DNA from: Eledone cirrhosa
Taxonomy: Eukaryota
Assembly: GCA_964016885.1 (NCBI GenBank)
Contig: OZ024743.1
Coordinates: forward strand, 63,984,001 to 64,048,000
Direction: 5' to 3'
Length of the DNA stretch: 64,000 nucleotides
Below the pieces are notes generated by a model. It was not told the origin of the DNA. It did not search any database and saw nothing but the letters and a program-made list of their open reading frames with translations. A program made the translations under genes and the position numbers. Of this stretch, positions 1 through 12,117 are shown one piece after another (the stretch's first letter is position 1; every line of letters begins with the position of its first letter).

Positions 1-344
1 GGATTAGTCACAGATAGTTTAAGCACTCTAGGAAAAGAATCCGAGTATAAATATAAATGAGAGGTATAGAGATTGTTTTAGCAAGAAGCTAACGGCATTC
101 TATAACATATATGCGACTATAACGTCAAGATGGGAAAAGTAGTTAACAAAAGATTTAGGAAAAATAACTCAAACTCATCTCAAAAGAGAATCAGGATATA
201 AATTCATCCACAGAATTTAGTAAAATCCAGGGAAAATCTATAGACCTTTAACTCATGATAAAATAAAGTTTGAAACACAGTGGAGATGGTCACGGTTGGA
301 ATTTCAATCATCAGCAGAGCTCAACAGAAAATATATATATATAT

Positions 345-1152
345 ATATTTAATACATTAACAGAGAAAGCTTTAAGCAATACTCCTACCGGCTTCCGTCT
401 CACTCAACAAACATTAGGATATACCTTAGTATAATCCCAATTATACGTTTGGGGTGCTAACTATACGTATTTTGCGGATAGCCAGTTGTATTATTTTATA
501 TGAGACATAATTAAATACATCTCTCTTTCCAAACGATCGTTTCATTATAAGTTTTCTATAAATTGGGAAAATAATGTCCAGGTTATATAGAAGCCTACAC
601 ATAGTCTATAGGAATATATGCAGGTGGGCACTTATAAATCATCAGTGGATGCCTGACAAATATCGATATAAAAAAAACCTTAGCGATATTAATGTTCAGC
701 GATGGTACCCTTCCGTGCTAGAATGACCGCCAAATTTGAAATTCCAGCAGTCTCACAATGAGAAATCTCACACCGCCACCAAGCGGGAAGGAGAGGTCAT
801 CGCAAAACATAAAAGAATAAAATAATATGCAAGCAAGTCAATTAATTCTTTCCATAATTTTAACCATGCGTGAAGAACTCAATTGGATATAAAAAATAAA
901 TATATGCATGTATTATTTATACACGCATATAGGTATTTTCTTAGGCTAAAAACAGAGACAAGATACCGGAAAAACAATCAATATTTCATACAAAGAATAA
1001 ATACAGAAAGTCATACCTAAAAAGTATCTGGAAATATTCATCTCTGGACAAATCAAGAGTATAATATTTAATACATTAACAGAGAAAGCTTTAAGCAATA
1101 CTCCGACCGGCTTCCGTCTCACTCAACAAACATTAGGATATACCTTAGTATA

Positions 1153-1153
<1 letters not shown>
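345..1153 (-). mobile_element. Non-coding element bounded by ~90-bp direct repeats (345-434 / 1064-1153) and containing a hammerhead motif; probable Penelope pseudo-LTR-type or retrozyme-like unit
   Basis: ATATTTAATACATTAAC...CCTTAGTATAA is present twice, 719 bp apart, with 1 mismatch. A minus-strand hammerhead core lies at 528-649. Confidence 0.5.
528..649 (-). ncRNA. Type I hammerhead-like motif with long stem II insertion
   Basis: Minus strand reads UCCA-CUGAUGA-UUUAUAAG..(long)..CUUAUAAU-GAAA-CGAUCG-UU-UGGA. Stem I is 4 bp and stem III is palindromic. Confidence 0.5.
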
Positions 1154-1205
<52 letters not shown>

Positions 1206-1329
1206 TACTTTTATACTTTGGGAGGGTCATGTTGCCAAAAAATGTATAACAATATCTGTTTCAACACACGTCTTCAGATAAGAAATCTTGCAAAACAAAT
1301 TAAAAAACGAAATATATATATATATAGAT

Positions 1330-1372
1330 TACGAGCTGAAGATCCGCTAAGGTGAAACAATTGTTCTCAGTA
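1330..1372 (+). ncRNA. Minimal type I hammerhead motif (degenerate)
   Basis: GAG-CUGAAGA-UCCGCUAAGGU-GAAA-CAAUUG-UU-CUC. Palindromic stem III, short stems I and II. Confidence 0.5.
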
Positions 1373-1531
1373 TAGTGAACTAACTGTTGTGTAACCACTT
1401 CTATATATATATATGCTTTCAGTGCCTTAGAGGACTAACACCACACTCTGGATCTGAGCATATCAATGGATTAACAAGGTAAAATCTATTACTACATTAT
1501 GTTTTCCTGATTTTCCTGTTCAAGTTCTTAC

Positions 1532-1586
1532 TGCCTGATGAGGTCATAGTTGTTGAATAATGGCTATCACTGAAATATATATCGCA
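1532..1586 (+). ncRNA. Minimal type I hammerhead motif
   Basis: UGC-CUGAUGA-[GGUCAUAGUUGUU/AAUGGCUAUCACU stem II]-GAAA-UAUAUA-UC-GCA. AUC triplet; stem I is only 3 bp. Confidence 0.6.
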
Positions 1587-1754
1587 ACGAATATGAATAA
1601 ACGAAGCTAATTTTAACCTGTTGACTTACATTTCTTGTTTTTACATTACTCCGGTGTAAACAGACCCACCTGCGCACTTCGTTGAGTGCTCGAACCTGCA
1701 TACTGAAATCAACACCTACTCAAAATTATATATATGTATATGTATGTATATATA

Positions 1755-2140
1755 TAATGATAATGATAATGAAATTATTGCGTACAGTGCTCAGGTGCAC
1801 TACAACTCATCAAAGGTGCATGAATAGTACATAGAATAATGTACAAATGTCGGGAAAGTGAACAATGTATGTGTCATGATATACACACAGATACATGCAT
1901 GCGTGTGTACGGAGGGGGAATATCAGGTATAGTGTTGGCGAATTTCAGGAAGCATGGAAGTTTTGAAGGATGCAGTGTCCTAGCAGCTAACAACTGATGC
2001 AGGTAGATTCTTCCATGCTTCAGCAACTCTGAGTGTGTAAAAGTGTTTCCGAAAGTCGTGGGAGCTGTGCTGTTTTCTGACTTTGTAGGTATCCCCATGG
2101 GTGTTAGACATTAAAAAAAGGTGCTCGGGATCGTTGTTGG
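1755..2140 (-). mobile_element. CR1/L2-type LINE 3' fragment
   Basis: Minus strand translates DFRKHFYTLRVAEAWKNLPASVV, like the C-terminal RKHFFxxRVxxxWNxLP motif of CR1/L2-group ORF2. It is followed by a short ATT/ATC-type tail near 1755. Confidence 0.65.
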
Positions 2141-2356
2141 CACGTATAATATATATATATATATATTATAGTTGAAACAGTAAGCAAAAAAACAACAACG
2201 AGGGAGTGAAGAGGCAGTACAAAATATTAATATTAGTTTCACGCTTGAGAGTGGATATATATATAAACAATGAGTTATAGACTTTCTTGGTATGTCATCA
2301 ACAGAGTTGATGCGTTCTATTTTATGGGTATGTCACATTTTATACATCAAATATTG

Positions 2357-2416
2357 TATTTTGTCTGATGAGGGCATACTATAACTTTGTATCCTTGAAA
2401 TATATATAACGAAATA
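2357..2416 (+). ncRNA. Minimal type I hammerhead ribozyme motif
   Basis: UAUUUUGU-CUGAUGA-GGGCAUAC..GUAUCCUU-GAAA-UAUAUA-UA^ACGAAAUA. 8-bp stem I, palindromic stem III, same family as 61697-61757. Confidence 0.7.
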
Positions 2417-2459
2417 AATTATGATGCTATAGTGATATATTTTCCATTTATTACTATTA

Positions 2460-2795
2460 TATCATCATCATCATCATCGTTTAATGTCCATTTTCCATGC
2501 TAGCATGGGTCTGGACGGGAATTGTCCCACTTGAGGCAAGATTGGTTGTCTCGCTCATATAGGACTGTCTGGCGGGTTTTCTACGGCTGGATGCCCTTCC
2601 TAACACCAACCACGTTTACAGTGTGGACTGGGAGGTTTTTACCGTGTTACCTACACGGCCACATTACAGCGTGGACTGTGTGTTTTTTTGTCGTGACACC
2701 TACACGACCTCATTTATTTAGGACTGGATGTTGTGGTACCAACATAGCTTTACATCGAAAGGGGTAGTGTAGATGGCGGTGGTGGTAGGGTTGGA
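2460..2795 (-). mobile_element. 5'-truncated RTE LINE 3' UTR with (GAT)n tail
   Basis: Reverse complement matches the 3' UTR at ~58260-58570. It has the CCATGCTAGCATGG hairpin and a (CAT)n run at 2460-2478. Confidence 0.85.
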
Positions 2796-2846
2796 TATAT
2801 TATATATATTTATATACATGCTTGTGAAGGCAGGATATACATATAT

Positions 2847-2950
2847 GTGGTTAGGGAATTAGATTCGCAATCGTGAGGTTATGAGTTCGATTCCTTGCCC
2901 GGGCGACACGTTATGCCCTTGAGCAAGACTTTATTTCACATTGCTCCTTC
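2847..2950 (+). mobile_element. tRNA-derived SINE head fragment
   Basis: A-box-like GTGGTTAGG and B-box GAGTTCGATTCC, then CCTTGAGCAAGAC. Similar to 21352-21500 and the reverse complement of ~19355-19445. Confidence 0.7.
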
Positions 2951-3222
2951 TACCAGGATTTGTGACCAATATATAGTATTAGCAATTGGAAAGACCAATG
3001 GAAACAGTGTTTCCTCGGTCCGATTTGATGAGCTCTACCCCAATCATTAATGAGGTCTGGGATCTTGTTGATCGACTGTCGATATTCATGCTAGCGAGGA
3101 AAATGGACGTTAAATAATGATGATGATGATGATGATATATATACATACACACACCCACACAGACACACACACACAGACATATATAATTGTGTGTGTGTGA
3201 GTATAGATGACTCTGTGATTTA

Positions 3223-4429
3223 TAAGGGTAGGCTGAAAAGTTTGTTGGCTGACTTTGAAGGATTGATGCTAGAGCTGTGAAATCTTACACGCATTAATTT
3301 CAATTATTGTTATTAATAACTGCATTGTTTTTTAATGATGATGATGAGGTCTGATTGTTCAAAGAAGACTTCAAAAGTAACTAGTAGCGACTTCTCTTGA
3401 AAATTGGCAAAATTTGGCATCATGGTGTTATCATGTACCAGCAGAAAAAGTGTTTAGCTCTCAAGGACATTCATACTGACAAGGCTACTACATTAGAGGA
3501 TGATGATCCAGCTTTATTAACAGTGCAAAAGTGGGCAGTTGAATTTAGGAGGGGAAGGAAGTGTCTTGAAGATGACCCAAGGTCTGGACATCCTGCAACT
3601 ACCACCACCGAGGAAAACATTGATCGTTTCACCACATGGTGATAGATGGCAGGCAATTGATTATAAATCAAATAGCCATTGCTATTAGCATATCCTGTGA
3701 GAGAGTTGAAAATATTATGAACTTGGCATGACAAAGGTTTCTGCTCGGTGGGTGCCACGTTTTCTGACACCTGATCAAAAGCGCACAAGGCTGATTAATT
3801 ACATCACAGGAAAATCTGAGAAAAAGCAACAATCTATGCAGTAGTAACACCCTCCTCACCTACTCCAAAGTAGGCCCCATGGTCGTTTCATCTGCAAGGA
3901 AGGTAATGGTCTTAGTTTTTTTGGAAAGCAAAAGGCATTGTGTTTATTGACTATCTTCAAAGGGGCCACACCATCAATGGAGAATACTACGCCAACTTGC
4001 TGAGACAGTTATGAAAGCTATCAAGACCAAACACCCAGGAAATCTGACGAAAGGGCTCTTGCTTCATCAGAACAATGCGTCTACACACGAGTCCTTGGTT
4101 TCAATAGCTGTTGTGCGTGACTATGGCTTTGAATTGGTTGATTAGTCTCCCTATTCTCCTGATTTGGCCCCATCTGATTATCATCTGTTCCCTAACAAGA
4201 AAAACACTTGGCTGGGAACCAGTTTTATAGTGATGATAATACCATATCTGCTGTTGGTGATTTTTTTTACCAACAAGATGAAAGCTTCTTCATCAATGGG
4301 ATCCAAGCACTGTGACACTGATGGAAAAGTGTATAGACAGCAAGGGGGCTATGCTTTAAAATAAACCTCATTTGGTCACATTTCAAGAGAGTATCTTGGT
4401 CAGACTATGAACTTTTCAGCCGATCCTCA
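3223..4429 (+). mobile_element. Mariner (Tc1/mariner) DNA transposon, degraded transposase
   Basis: TIRs (TAAGGGTAGGCTGAAAAGTT / AACTTTTCAGCCGATCCTCA) flanked by TA. Remnant motifs KW..EFRRGR..LEDDPRSG, RWVPR and YSPDLAPSDY, broken by stops and frameshifts. Confidence 0.92.
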
Positions 4430-4491
4430 TACTGATGGTGATACCAATATGAGCAATCAATGCATATCCAAAGTGTAAGAAAAGCAATGAA

Positions 4492-4760
4492 GTTTTGTTT
4501 GCATGTTTTTATTCATTGTTGACTTGTTATGTACATTTCCCAGATGATTGGCTCAAGGTCGTCTATGGAAGTTATGGATCCAACTCCAGCATTGATCTGC
4601 TCATCACACTTGATGCTTCAACAAAAAAGAAAAAAATTCAATAAGTGTGATGAGCAGATCAATACTGGAGTCAGGTCCATGTCTTCTATAGGTGTCCTTG
4701 GGCCAATCATCAGTGAAATGTACCTAATGTCGATAATTAATAAAAAGATGTAAACAAAAC
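4492..4760. repeat. Fold-back element with ~120-bp imperfect inverted arms (MITE-like)
   Basis: Arms 4492-4611 and 4643-4760 are reverse complementary, e.g. ATTGATCTGCTCATCACACTT / AAGTGTGATGAGCAGATCAAT, with an A-rich spacer. Confidence 0.8.
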
Positions 4761-4787
4761 ATCTTCAGGTTTACTTATATGTATATA

Positions 4788-5083
4788 CAAGGTGTATCAA
4801 AGAGAATCATCTAATTTTTTTTACAATTTTTACAATTATCGTTATCTTATCAAGCGTGTGTGTGCATTGATGTTCTCTGTCCTTCACTCACCGCCTCTGT
4901 CTCTCTCACTATTATAAGCAGAAGCCCACACACTAGTTGCCCAACAGCCCTGCCAGACAAATACTTTATAAAAATTATAAAAGTTATAAAAAAAAGTATA
5001 AAACTTTATATTCAGACATGATTATATGGTCATTTGTTTAAAAAATATAGCCTTTTGAAATAAAACTGTTTTGATACACCCTG
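4788..5083. mobile_element. Tc1/mariner-type MITE
   Basis: TA-CAAGGTGTATCAAAA ... TTTTGATACACCCTG-TA terminal inverted repeats with TA duplication; no coding capacity. Confidence 0.75.
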
Positions 5084-5399
5084 TATATATGTAAAAGGTA
5101 AAGAGAAATAACAACACAATCGATACAGTATATGGAAGGGATATATTAGGTTAACGCTTGAAATAGCAGGTATATACACAGCCACCTTCACTCTAGAATA
5201 TAACCCAACACAAGATGGACCTCGTAACAGTATTGAGTGCTTTGAATGGTATGCTGCCTGTAACTGTAGTTACACAACTAACACTATGCAGTAATACAGA
5301 AGACCTTCCTTCCCATATACAGGGTCTGCGGGATACATCTAGTATGCACCACCTCTCCTTCCATCACCTCCCATGTTGTAACATCCCACCCATATCCTA

Positions 5400-5733
5400 A
5401 ATTCCACCCATAGATCTACCTCCCCATGCACCTCCCCCACCCAAGTCCCCAATCTTCACTATAAAGTGCCCAGTCCACTCTGCAAAGTGGTCATGTAGAT
5501 GTCACGACAAAAATCACCCAGCCTACACTGTAAAGTGGTTGTGTAGGCGTCACAAAAATGGCACCTAGTATACACAGTAAATGTGGTTGGCATTAGGAAG
5601 AGCATGTAGCCATAGAAACCAAGTCAAAATCACTTCTGTGTGAGCACGACACAGTAATCCGATCTGGCTTGTCTCACAAAGGAACAACTCATCTAACCCA
5701 TGCTGGAGTGGAAAATGGGCATTAAACGATGAT
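5400..5733 (+). mobile_element. Degraded RTE LINE 3' UTR fragment
   Basis: Repeated CACTGTAAAGTGG motifs, GGTTGGCATTAGGAAG, terminal hairpin and GATGAT tail, as in 16200-16531. Confidence 0.7.
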
Positions 5734-5846
5734 ATATATATTTATATATATATATATATAGAGAGAGAGAGAAAGAGAATGAAAAAATGCGAAGTAGTTT
5801 CAGATGTTAAAGTCCTTCATTGGTAATGCTGTGATACATATTTCAA

Positions 5847-5959
5847 TGGCATCATGGTGTTATCATGTACCAGCAGAAAAAGTGTTTAGCTCTCAAGGAC
5901 ATTCATACTGACAAGGCTACTACATTAGAGGATGATGCTCCAGCTTTATTAACAGTGCA
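5847..5959 (+). repeat. 113-bp near-identical copy of an internal mariner segment (3415-3527)
   Basis: Direct comparison shows one mismatch (GATGATCC vs GATGCTCC). Confidence 0.9.
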
Positions 5960-6710
5960 TAAGACAGCTTCTTACATAATAAGGTTACGTTCCCGAGGCA
6001 ATCCAAACAGAAACGACTAGGGAATGGACAAGGCGTGTGTTCTTGAATCACCTGCCCGTTCCCCTGTGGTCAACAATTCACCTCCGTAATTCTGCGCAGG
6101 TGTAAACGAAAGCTGACTATCCACTACACTAAACTCACCAAAAACTAGCCTAGGCATGTACCCCCCCCCCCCCTCCAACCAAATGACTACCCGTCCAGGT
6201 TTGTAATATATCACTGTTAAAGTATATTGCAAGTGACAGCTAGGCGAAATCTAGTGGCAGAGTATGAGTTTCAATAGGCCTTAATACTACTCTTAATCTC
6301 TGTCTGGACAATGGGGTTGACCATCCCCAGTAAGAGGATATAAACTTATTTCTAGATGTTATGGTTTCACAGATGAAATTAAAAATTAAACGTTAAAACC
6401 TTGATTGAAGTGAATAAAAAATTATTTATAAAGAGTAAATAGTAAATAGGAAGATGTTTAAATTAAAGTAAGAAGTTTAGAAAAGGAGTCAATATTGGAT
6501 ACTTCAGATATATTATCAATATATTGAACAATAGTACTGTATAGTAAAACAGAGGATAAGTTAAGATATGAAACGTAGTAATTAGGTAAGCAATTAGTTA
6601 ATATCTTCTACCACATGAATCAAAGGAAAGGTACATAGATGCAAAATGAGAGAAGGAACATGTATGAGAAAAAATATATATGAGAAAGGCAAACATATAT
6701 ATATATATAT

Positions 6711-6774
6711 CTAACCCATGCTAGCATGGAATAACGGACGTAAAACGGTGATGATGATGATGATGATGATGATG

Positions 6775-6846
<72 letters not shown>

Positions 6847-6866
6847 ATATATTATATATATATATC
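6711..6866 (+). repeat. Very short RTE 3' end, (GAT)n tail and (TA)n microsatellite
   Basis: CTAACCCATGCTAGCATGGAA..GGACGTAAAAC followed by GAT repeats and a long TA run. Confidence 0.85.
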
Positions 6867-6924
6867 ATGTCTCTGATTTTCAGCACCATGGATTTGTCTA
6901 TTATATTCCTTTGTTATATTTTGA

Positions 6925-6982
6925 ATACCTGATGATGTCACCGGATTCATACTGAACCCGGTCATTGAAGTGATCATAGTAT
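6925..6982 (+). ncRNA. Type I hammerhead motif with core mutation (GAAG)
   Basis: AUAC-CUGAUGA-UGUC-ACCGGAUUCA/UGAACCCGGU-CAUU-GAAG-UGAUCA-UA-GUAU. Probably inactive. Confidence 0.55.
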
Positions 6983-7462
6983 AATAACCCTTTTAAGGAA
7001 TTACACCAGTCCAGCCTCCTGTTATTTTATAATAATTAACTCCGTACTCGCACCACCAACAACACAAACGAAGACGGGTGAGTTGCATTACGTTGAGTGC
7101 TCTCCCTAATATTACATCAAGGAATGACCAGTTCTATCCAGTGGTGAACCAACAAACCTAAATATATATATATGTATATATATATATGTGTGTGTGTGTG
7201 TGAAAGTAATATATACAGAAAAGCAGACATCTGATGATATATATATGTAATATATATATCAGAAAGAGCATGGTAAAATACCAGGTAGACCATAACCCAC
7301 CAGAGTACTCGATACTAGGAGTAGTAGAGTGGGTAATATGATGTTCCCTGCTACAAAGGGGTGGAAGAGTTGTCACAGACTGAGTTAGTACTCACGTGGA
7401 ACTTCTGAACTTCAGGTTGGTCAGGATGCCTGCATTTCATATATGTTCCTGCACTCTACTGA

Positions 7463-7972
7463 GTGTGTTTGTGAGTGTTTGTATGTATATGTATGTGTAT
7501 GTATGCATTTATGTATGTATATATGTATGTATGCATGTTGCATGTGTGTATGTATGTATGTATATGCGTCTATGTATGTATGTATGTATGTATGTATGTG
7601 TATGTGTGTATGTATGTATGTGTCTATCTATGTGTGGGTATGTGTGTATGTATGTATATGTGTCTATGTATATGTGTATGTGTATGTGTGTGTGTATGTA
7701 TATATGTGTGTGTATGTGTGTGTGTGCATATCTGTATGTGTGTACAGGTGTATGTGTGAATTTCTATGTGTGACATATGGTTATCAATATAATCAACGCC
7801 CTAAACTATAACATATCACCAACTGTTCTGTTTGTGTTCAAACAGGAAGTAATTGATTGCATATTGATCTGTTACTGAAGATTAGATAACGTAAACACAT
7901 GCATACGTATATACATACATACATACATGCATACATACATACACACATACATACATACATACATACATACAT
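7463..7972. repeat. Compound (TATG/TG)n and (CATA)n microsatellites
   Basis: Visible di- and tetranucleotide runs; these are the source of the spurious MYVC-rich ORFs. Confidence 0.95.
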
Positions 7973-7986
7973 TATTATTATACATA

Positions 7987-8409
7987 CAGAGAAGACCCGC
8001 CTTACCTAAATACAAAGTAAAACCTACTACAGTCAGTAGGCGTCTCTAACAAAACACACCCCCGTCCCACCACCCCAACCCCATCCACACCGCCCCTTTC
8101 AATGTAAAGTTACGTTGGTGCCACAACATCCAGGCCGAAACAAATGAGATCGTGTAGGTGTCACGACAAAAAAAACACACAGTCCACGCTGTAATGTGGC
8201 CGTGTAGGCAACACGGTAAAAACCTCCCAGTCCCACTGTAAATGTGGTTGGTGTTAGGAAGGGCATCCAGCTGTAGAAAACCCACCAGACAGTCCTATAC
8301 AAGCAAGACAACCAATCTTGCCTCAAGTGGGAAAACTCCCGTCCAAACCCATGCAAGCGTGGAACATGGACGTTAAACGATGATGATGATGATGATGATG
8401 ATGATGATA
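7987..8409 (+). mobile_element. 5'-truncated RTE LINE 3' end (same subfamily as 57763-58591)
   Basis: Starts AGAGAAGACCCGCCTTACCTAA, is colinear with 58184-58570 and ends in (GAT)n. Confidence 0.9.
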
Positions 8410-8909
8410 CATGCATGATGACTGCAACTCGATTTCGAATAATACCATTGCTTGATACTTAAGCAAGAGCATCACGGACGTGGCTTTTCAGTCCTGCTAA
8501 GGACTTGCCTATGGCCAGCAATACCATGCATCATAAACAATAACACATATCAAATGATGCCTGTGCTTAAAGCATTTTTAAATGAGGAAAGGCTTTGCAT
8601 GGGGCCAACCCCACTCTCTGAACATTGAATAGATTTGCCCCAAAAGAAGAACTGATTTACATCATTGGATGCAGAAAAGATTGCAGGTTTTACAAGTGTA
8701 CTTCTCCTTTAGCATTTAAACCGGCCATATCCGGCCAGAATGCTCTCACCTCTTTCTGTTCTAACTGGCTGTAACCAGCTGCTCATACTTATGTTAAGGT
8801 ATTGTTCTTAAAATAAATAACATCAAAATATCGTAGATTCAGTATTATGTGAGATAATTATGTAAGATAAAGACTTTACCACAAAAATACAATAGTAAAT
8901 ATAGAGTAA

Positions 8910-11900
8910 TCATCATCATCATCATCATCATCATTTTACGTCCACTCTTCCCTGCTTGCAAGGGTGGGACGGGTCTTATTCAGCACAGCATCTCTCCACT
9001 TGTCACGATCCTTCGTCATCTCCACCGTGAGCTTCAGCGATCTGAGGTCTGTTCTCACCACCTCCGCCCATGTTTTTCGTGGTCTACCTCTACTACGTCT
9101 TCCTTCAACTGGCATTTCCTGGCACTTCTTCACCCATCGGTCATCCTCCATGTGCATCACATGTCCATACCACCTCAATCTCCTCTCCCGTACATTACAT
9201 TCTATCCCACTCAGACACAGTTTCTCTCTCAACACATTCATGCTGGGTCGTTCACGCACATTGACACTGCACATCCAACGGAGCATGCTTGCCTCATTTC
9301 TCTCCAGCCGTCGCATATCCTCTGCAGTTGCTGCCCATGTCTCACTACCATGCAGCACCTCGCTCCTCACACAGGCATCATATAACCGTTCTTTTGTACG
9401 CAGGGAGAAACCCTTCTTGGTCAGCAGAGGAAGCAGCTCCCTAAACTTCTTCCAACCCGTCCTTATTCTAGATACTATGGCCTCGGAACAACCCCCCCTC
9501 CCATGCTAATCTGATCTCCTAGGTACCGAAAGCTATCAACCACTTCTATAGCACCCGCCTGCATTTGAAAAATGTGTCTATCAATGCGACTTCTACTGTC
9601 TAATTTTCCTGTACTGCATACGTATTTCTCCCTACCTGTTAGTTTGCCTGCTATCCCGCTACATCTCTTGTGTACACAGGATCTGCATTGTGTGCATTTT
9701 ATAGAATTTATGCCAGTTCCTTTTCTGCATATCGAACATGGCCATTTCCCTGACGGAATCAGAGTTTTGTCCTCTTTTCTACTCATCAACACTTTTGTCT
9801 TAACTAGGTTCACTCTCAGTCCTCTTGCTTCCAACTGCTGTTTCCATAGCCAGAATTTATTCTCTAGCTCCTCTACTGATTCTGCTATAAGAACCAGATC
9901 GTCAGCATAGAGAAATTCCCATGGACAGCCAGTCTTAAACTCTTCTGTTATGGTTTGGAGGACTATAATGAACAAGAGCGGGCTGAGGACCGAACCTTAA
10001 TGTACTCCTACTTGTATCTGGAATTCCTCACTAAACTCCATTCCTACCTGACTTTACTGACAGTACCTCTGTACAAAGTTTGCACTGTCCTCACAAGCCA
10101 TTCCTCAACACCTAGTTTCCTTAGGGACCACCAGATGACAGATCGGGGTACCCTATCAAAGGCCTTCTCTAGGTCAACAAAGGCTAAGTATAGTGGCTTA
10201 TTTTTCTCTAAGAACCTCTCTTGCAATTGTCTCACCAAGAAGAGGGCATCTGTTGTACTCTTCCCAGGCACAAAACCAAACTGCATCTCATCTAGTTTGA
10301 CCCTTTCTCTAATTAGTTGTGCTAATATCCTTTCTGCCATTTTCCTAACCTGATCCATCAGTTTTATACCCCTATAATTGCTCCTCTCCAGAGCATCCCC
10401 TTTACATTTGTAGCAATTTATGAGAATACTGCTGCACCAGTCTTTGGGTATGATACCACCATATATACCCTGATTGATGAGGCGTGTAACCAGTTTAGTG
10501 CCTACGTCCCCTGATGCCTTCAGCATCTCAGCAACTATTCCCGCAGCCTTACCATTTTTCATTTCCTTAATCGCCTCTTGGACCCTATATTCGTCAATCT
10601 CAATAGTTGGTCCCGCTGTCGGATCTACTGAGGGTAATTTCTCTCTCTCCCATTCGTTCTCCACATTCATCAGTCTCTCATAATGACATTTCCAGGCCTC
10701 CTTTTTCTGATCATTCGTGACACTAAGTACACCAGCATCATTCCGGACACATTTATCTCCAACAACATTCTGATTTGCATTGACACACTGCCTTTCAATA
10801 TGGAACACCGCCCGCCTCTAATCTTCCCGTCGCAGAACATTGGCAAACCTCCTACTCTCAGCCTCCCTGCGTGCTAAGTACACCTGACGTCTAGCTTCTC
10901 TCTTAGCGGCTGTATATTCTTCCCTACTCCCACCCTTTTTCCAAGCCTTCCATGCTAGTCTTTTCTCTCTAATGGCCTTATCTACTGTGCTGTTCCACCA
11001 CCAGGCCACTCTCTGTGGTTGGAGCACTGTTCCAGCCACAAGTTTCATCAGTAGTCTGCAATAAGTTGTGACGTAAGAAATTCCAGTTATTATCTATGTC
11101 ATACGTCTCTAAATCGTCTTCTTTTTCGTCATACACATCTTGAAGGGCTTTCCTAAATTTGTATTTTAGTGAAAGGTTTTTAGCTTCCCTTTCCACACCT
11201 TCCTGTATGTCTCATTCCATCTCTTGCTTACTGAGATATCATTAACGACTAAACTATGCTGTAGGGTACATTCTTCCCCAGGGTATGCCTTTGTATTAGA
11301 CACTAACTGCCTGTCCCGCTGCCTAACTAGTAAGAAGTCAATCTGGCTTATGTGCTCGCCAGATTTGTAGGTTATTAGATCATTGGTAGGTTTCTGGAAG
11401 TTTGTGTTGCAAATAGTCAGTGTACTTGCATCACAAAATTCAAGAAGTCTCACTCCTTCTTCATTTCTTGAGCCGTAACCGTGCCCACCATGTACCCCAG
11501 TGTAACCATCTTGGAGCTGTCCAACATGACCATTGAAGTCCCCTGCTAGCATAACGATGTCTCCGTCCTCTGTCATTGCGGTTGTTTGTAAAAGTTGCTC
11601 GTAAAAGCAGTCTTTCTCATCTTTGCCTAGGCCTGCTTGAGGAGCATAGGCAGAGATGATTGTCAGTAGTCTCCTGCCTACAACTAATCTAGGCTTAATT
11701 ATTCGATTACTAACTTGAACTACCTCTATTGTCTTATTGATCCATCTCTCAGCCAGGAAAATGCCTACTCCCCCTAACCCATCATCCTTACCTACCCAGA
11801 AAAGCTTATAGCTAAGATGTTTGCCTACGACTAGTCTCGCAGAGGTACCTCTCCATCTCACCTCTTGCACGCAGCACACATCTACATGCCTTCTCTCCAG

Positions 11901-11915
11901 CATCTCCGCTATTTC
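8910..11915 (-). mobile_element. RTE-clade LINE (family A): APE endonuclease, reverse transcriptase and Cys-rich region, disrupted
   Basis: ORF fragments: VQEVRW, SAYAPQ, GDFNGHVG (APE, 11166-11903); NYRGIKL, QFGFVPGKSTTDA, FVDLEKAFDRVP (10044-10808); LYADD (9475-9975); RRLRWYGHV, RGRP (8936-9370). (CAT)n tail at 8910-8933. Confidence 0.95.
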
Positions 11916-12117
11916 AGTAATATAAATGCTAAAGGGTTAATGAATACAAGCAGTCTCTCGCTCCACAAAAAAAAAATAAAGATTTATTGGACAGCCATTA
12001 ACTCTCCTAAGTTCCTCCGTCCTTTGACAAGTTTTGTTTTTCATCCCACAGGGTGTCAACACTGACCTAAGCATGCACAGAGCAATCTGCCATACACACA
12101 TATGTAATTATGTATAT

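Noticed and set aside
265-320. Minus-strand CUGAUGA near 308-314 as a hammerhead
   Set aside because: No GAAA follows the candidate stem II, and no stems I or III form. The motif at ~1245-1280 was likewise too weak to call.
7396-7811. Cys/Val/Tyr/Met-rich ORFs
   Set aside because: These are translations of TATG/TG microsatellites; the same applies to ORFs at 6620, 17709-18013 and 62055-62380.
8964-10877. Plus-strand ORFs overlapping LINE A
   Set aside because: They are antisense shadows of the minus-strand RTE ORF.
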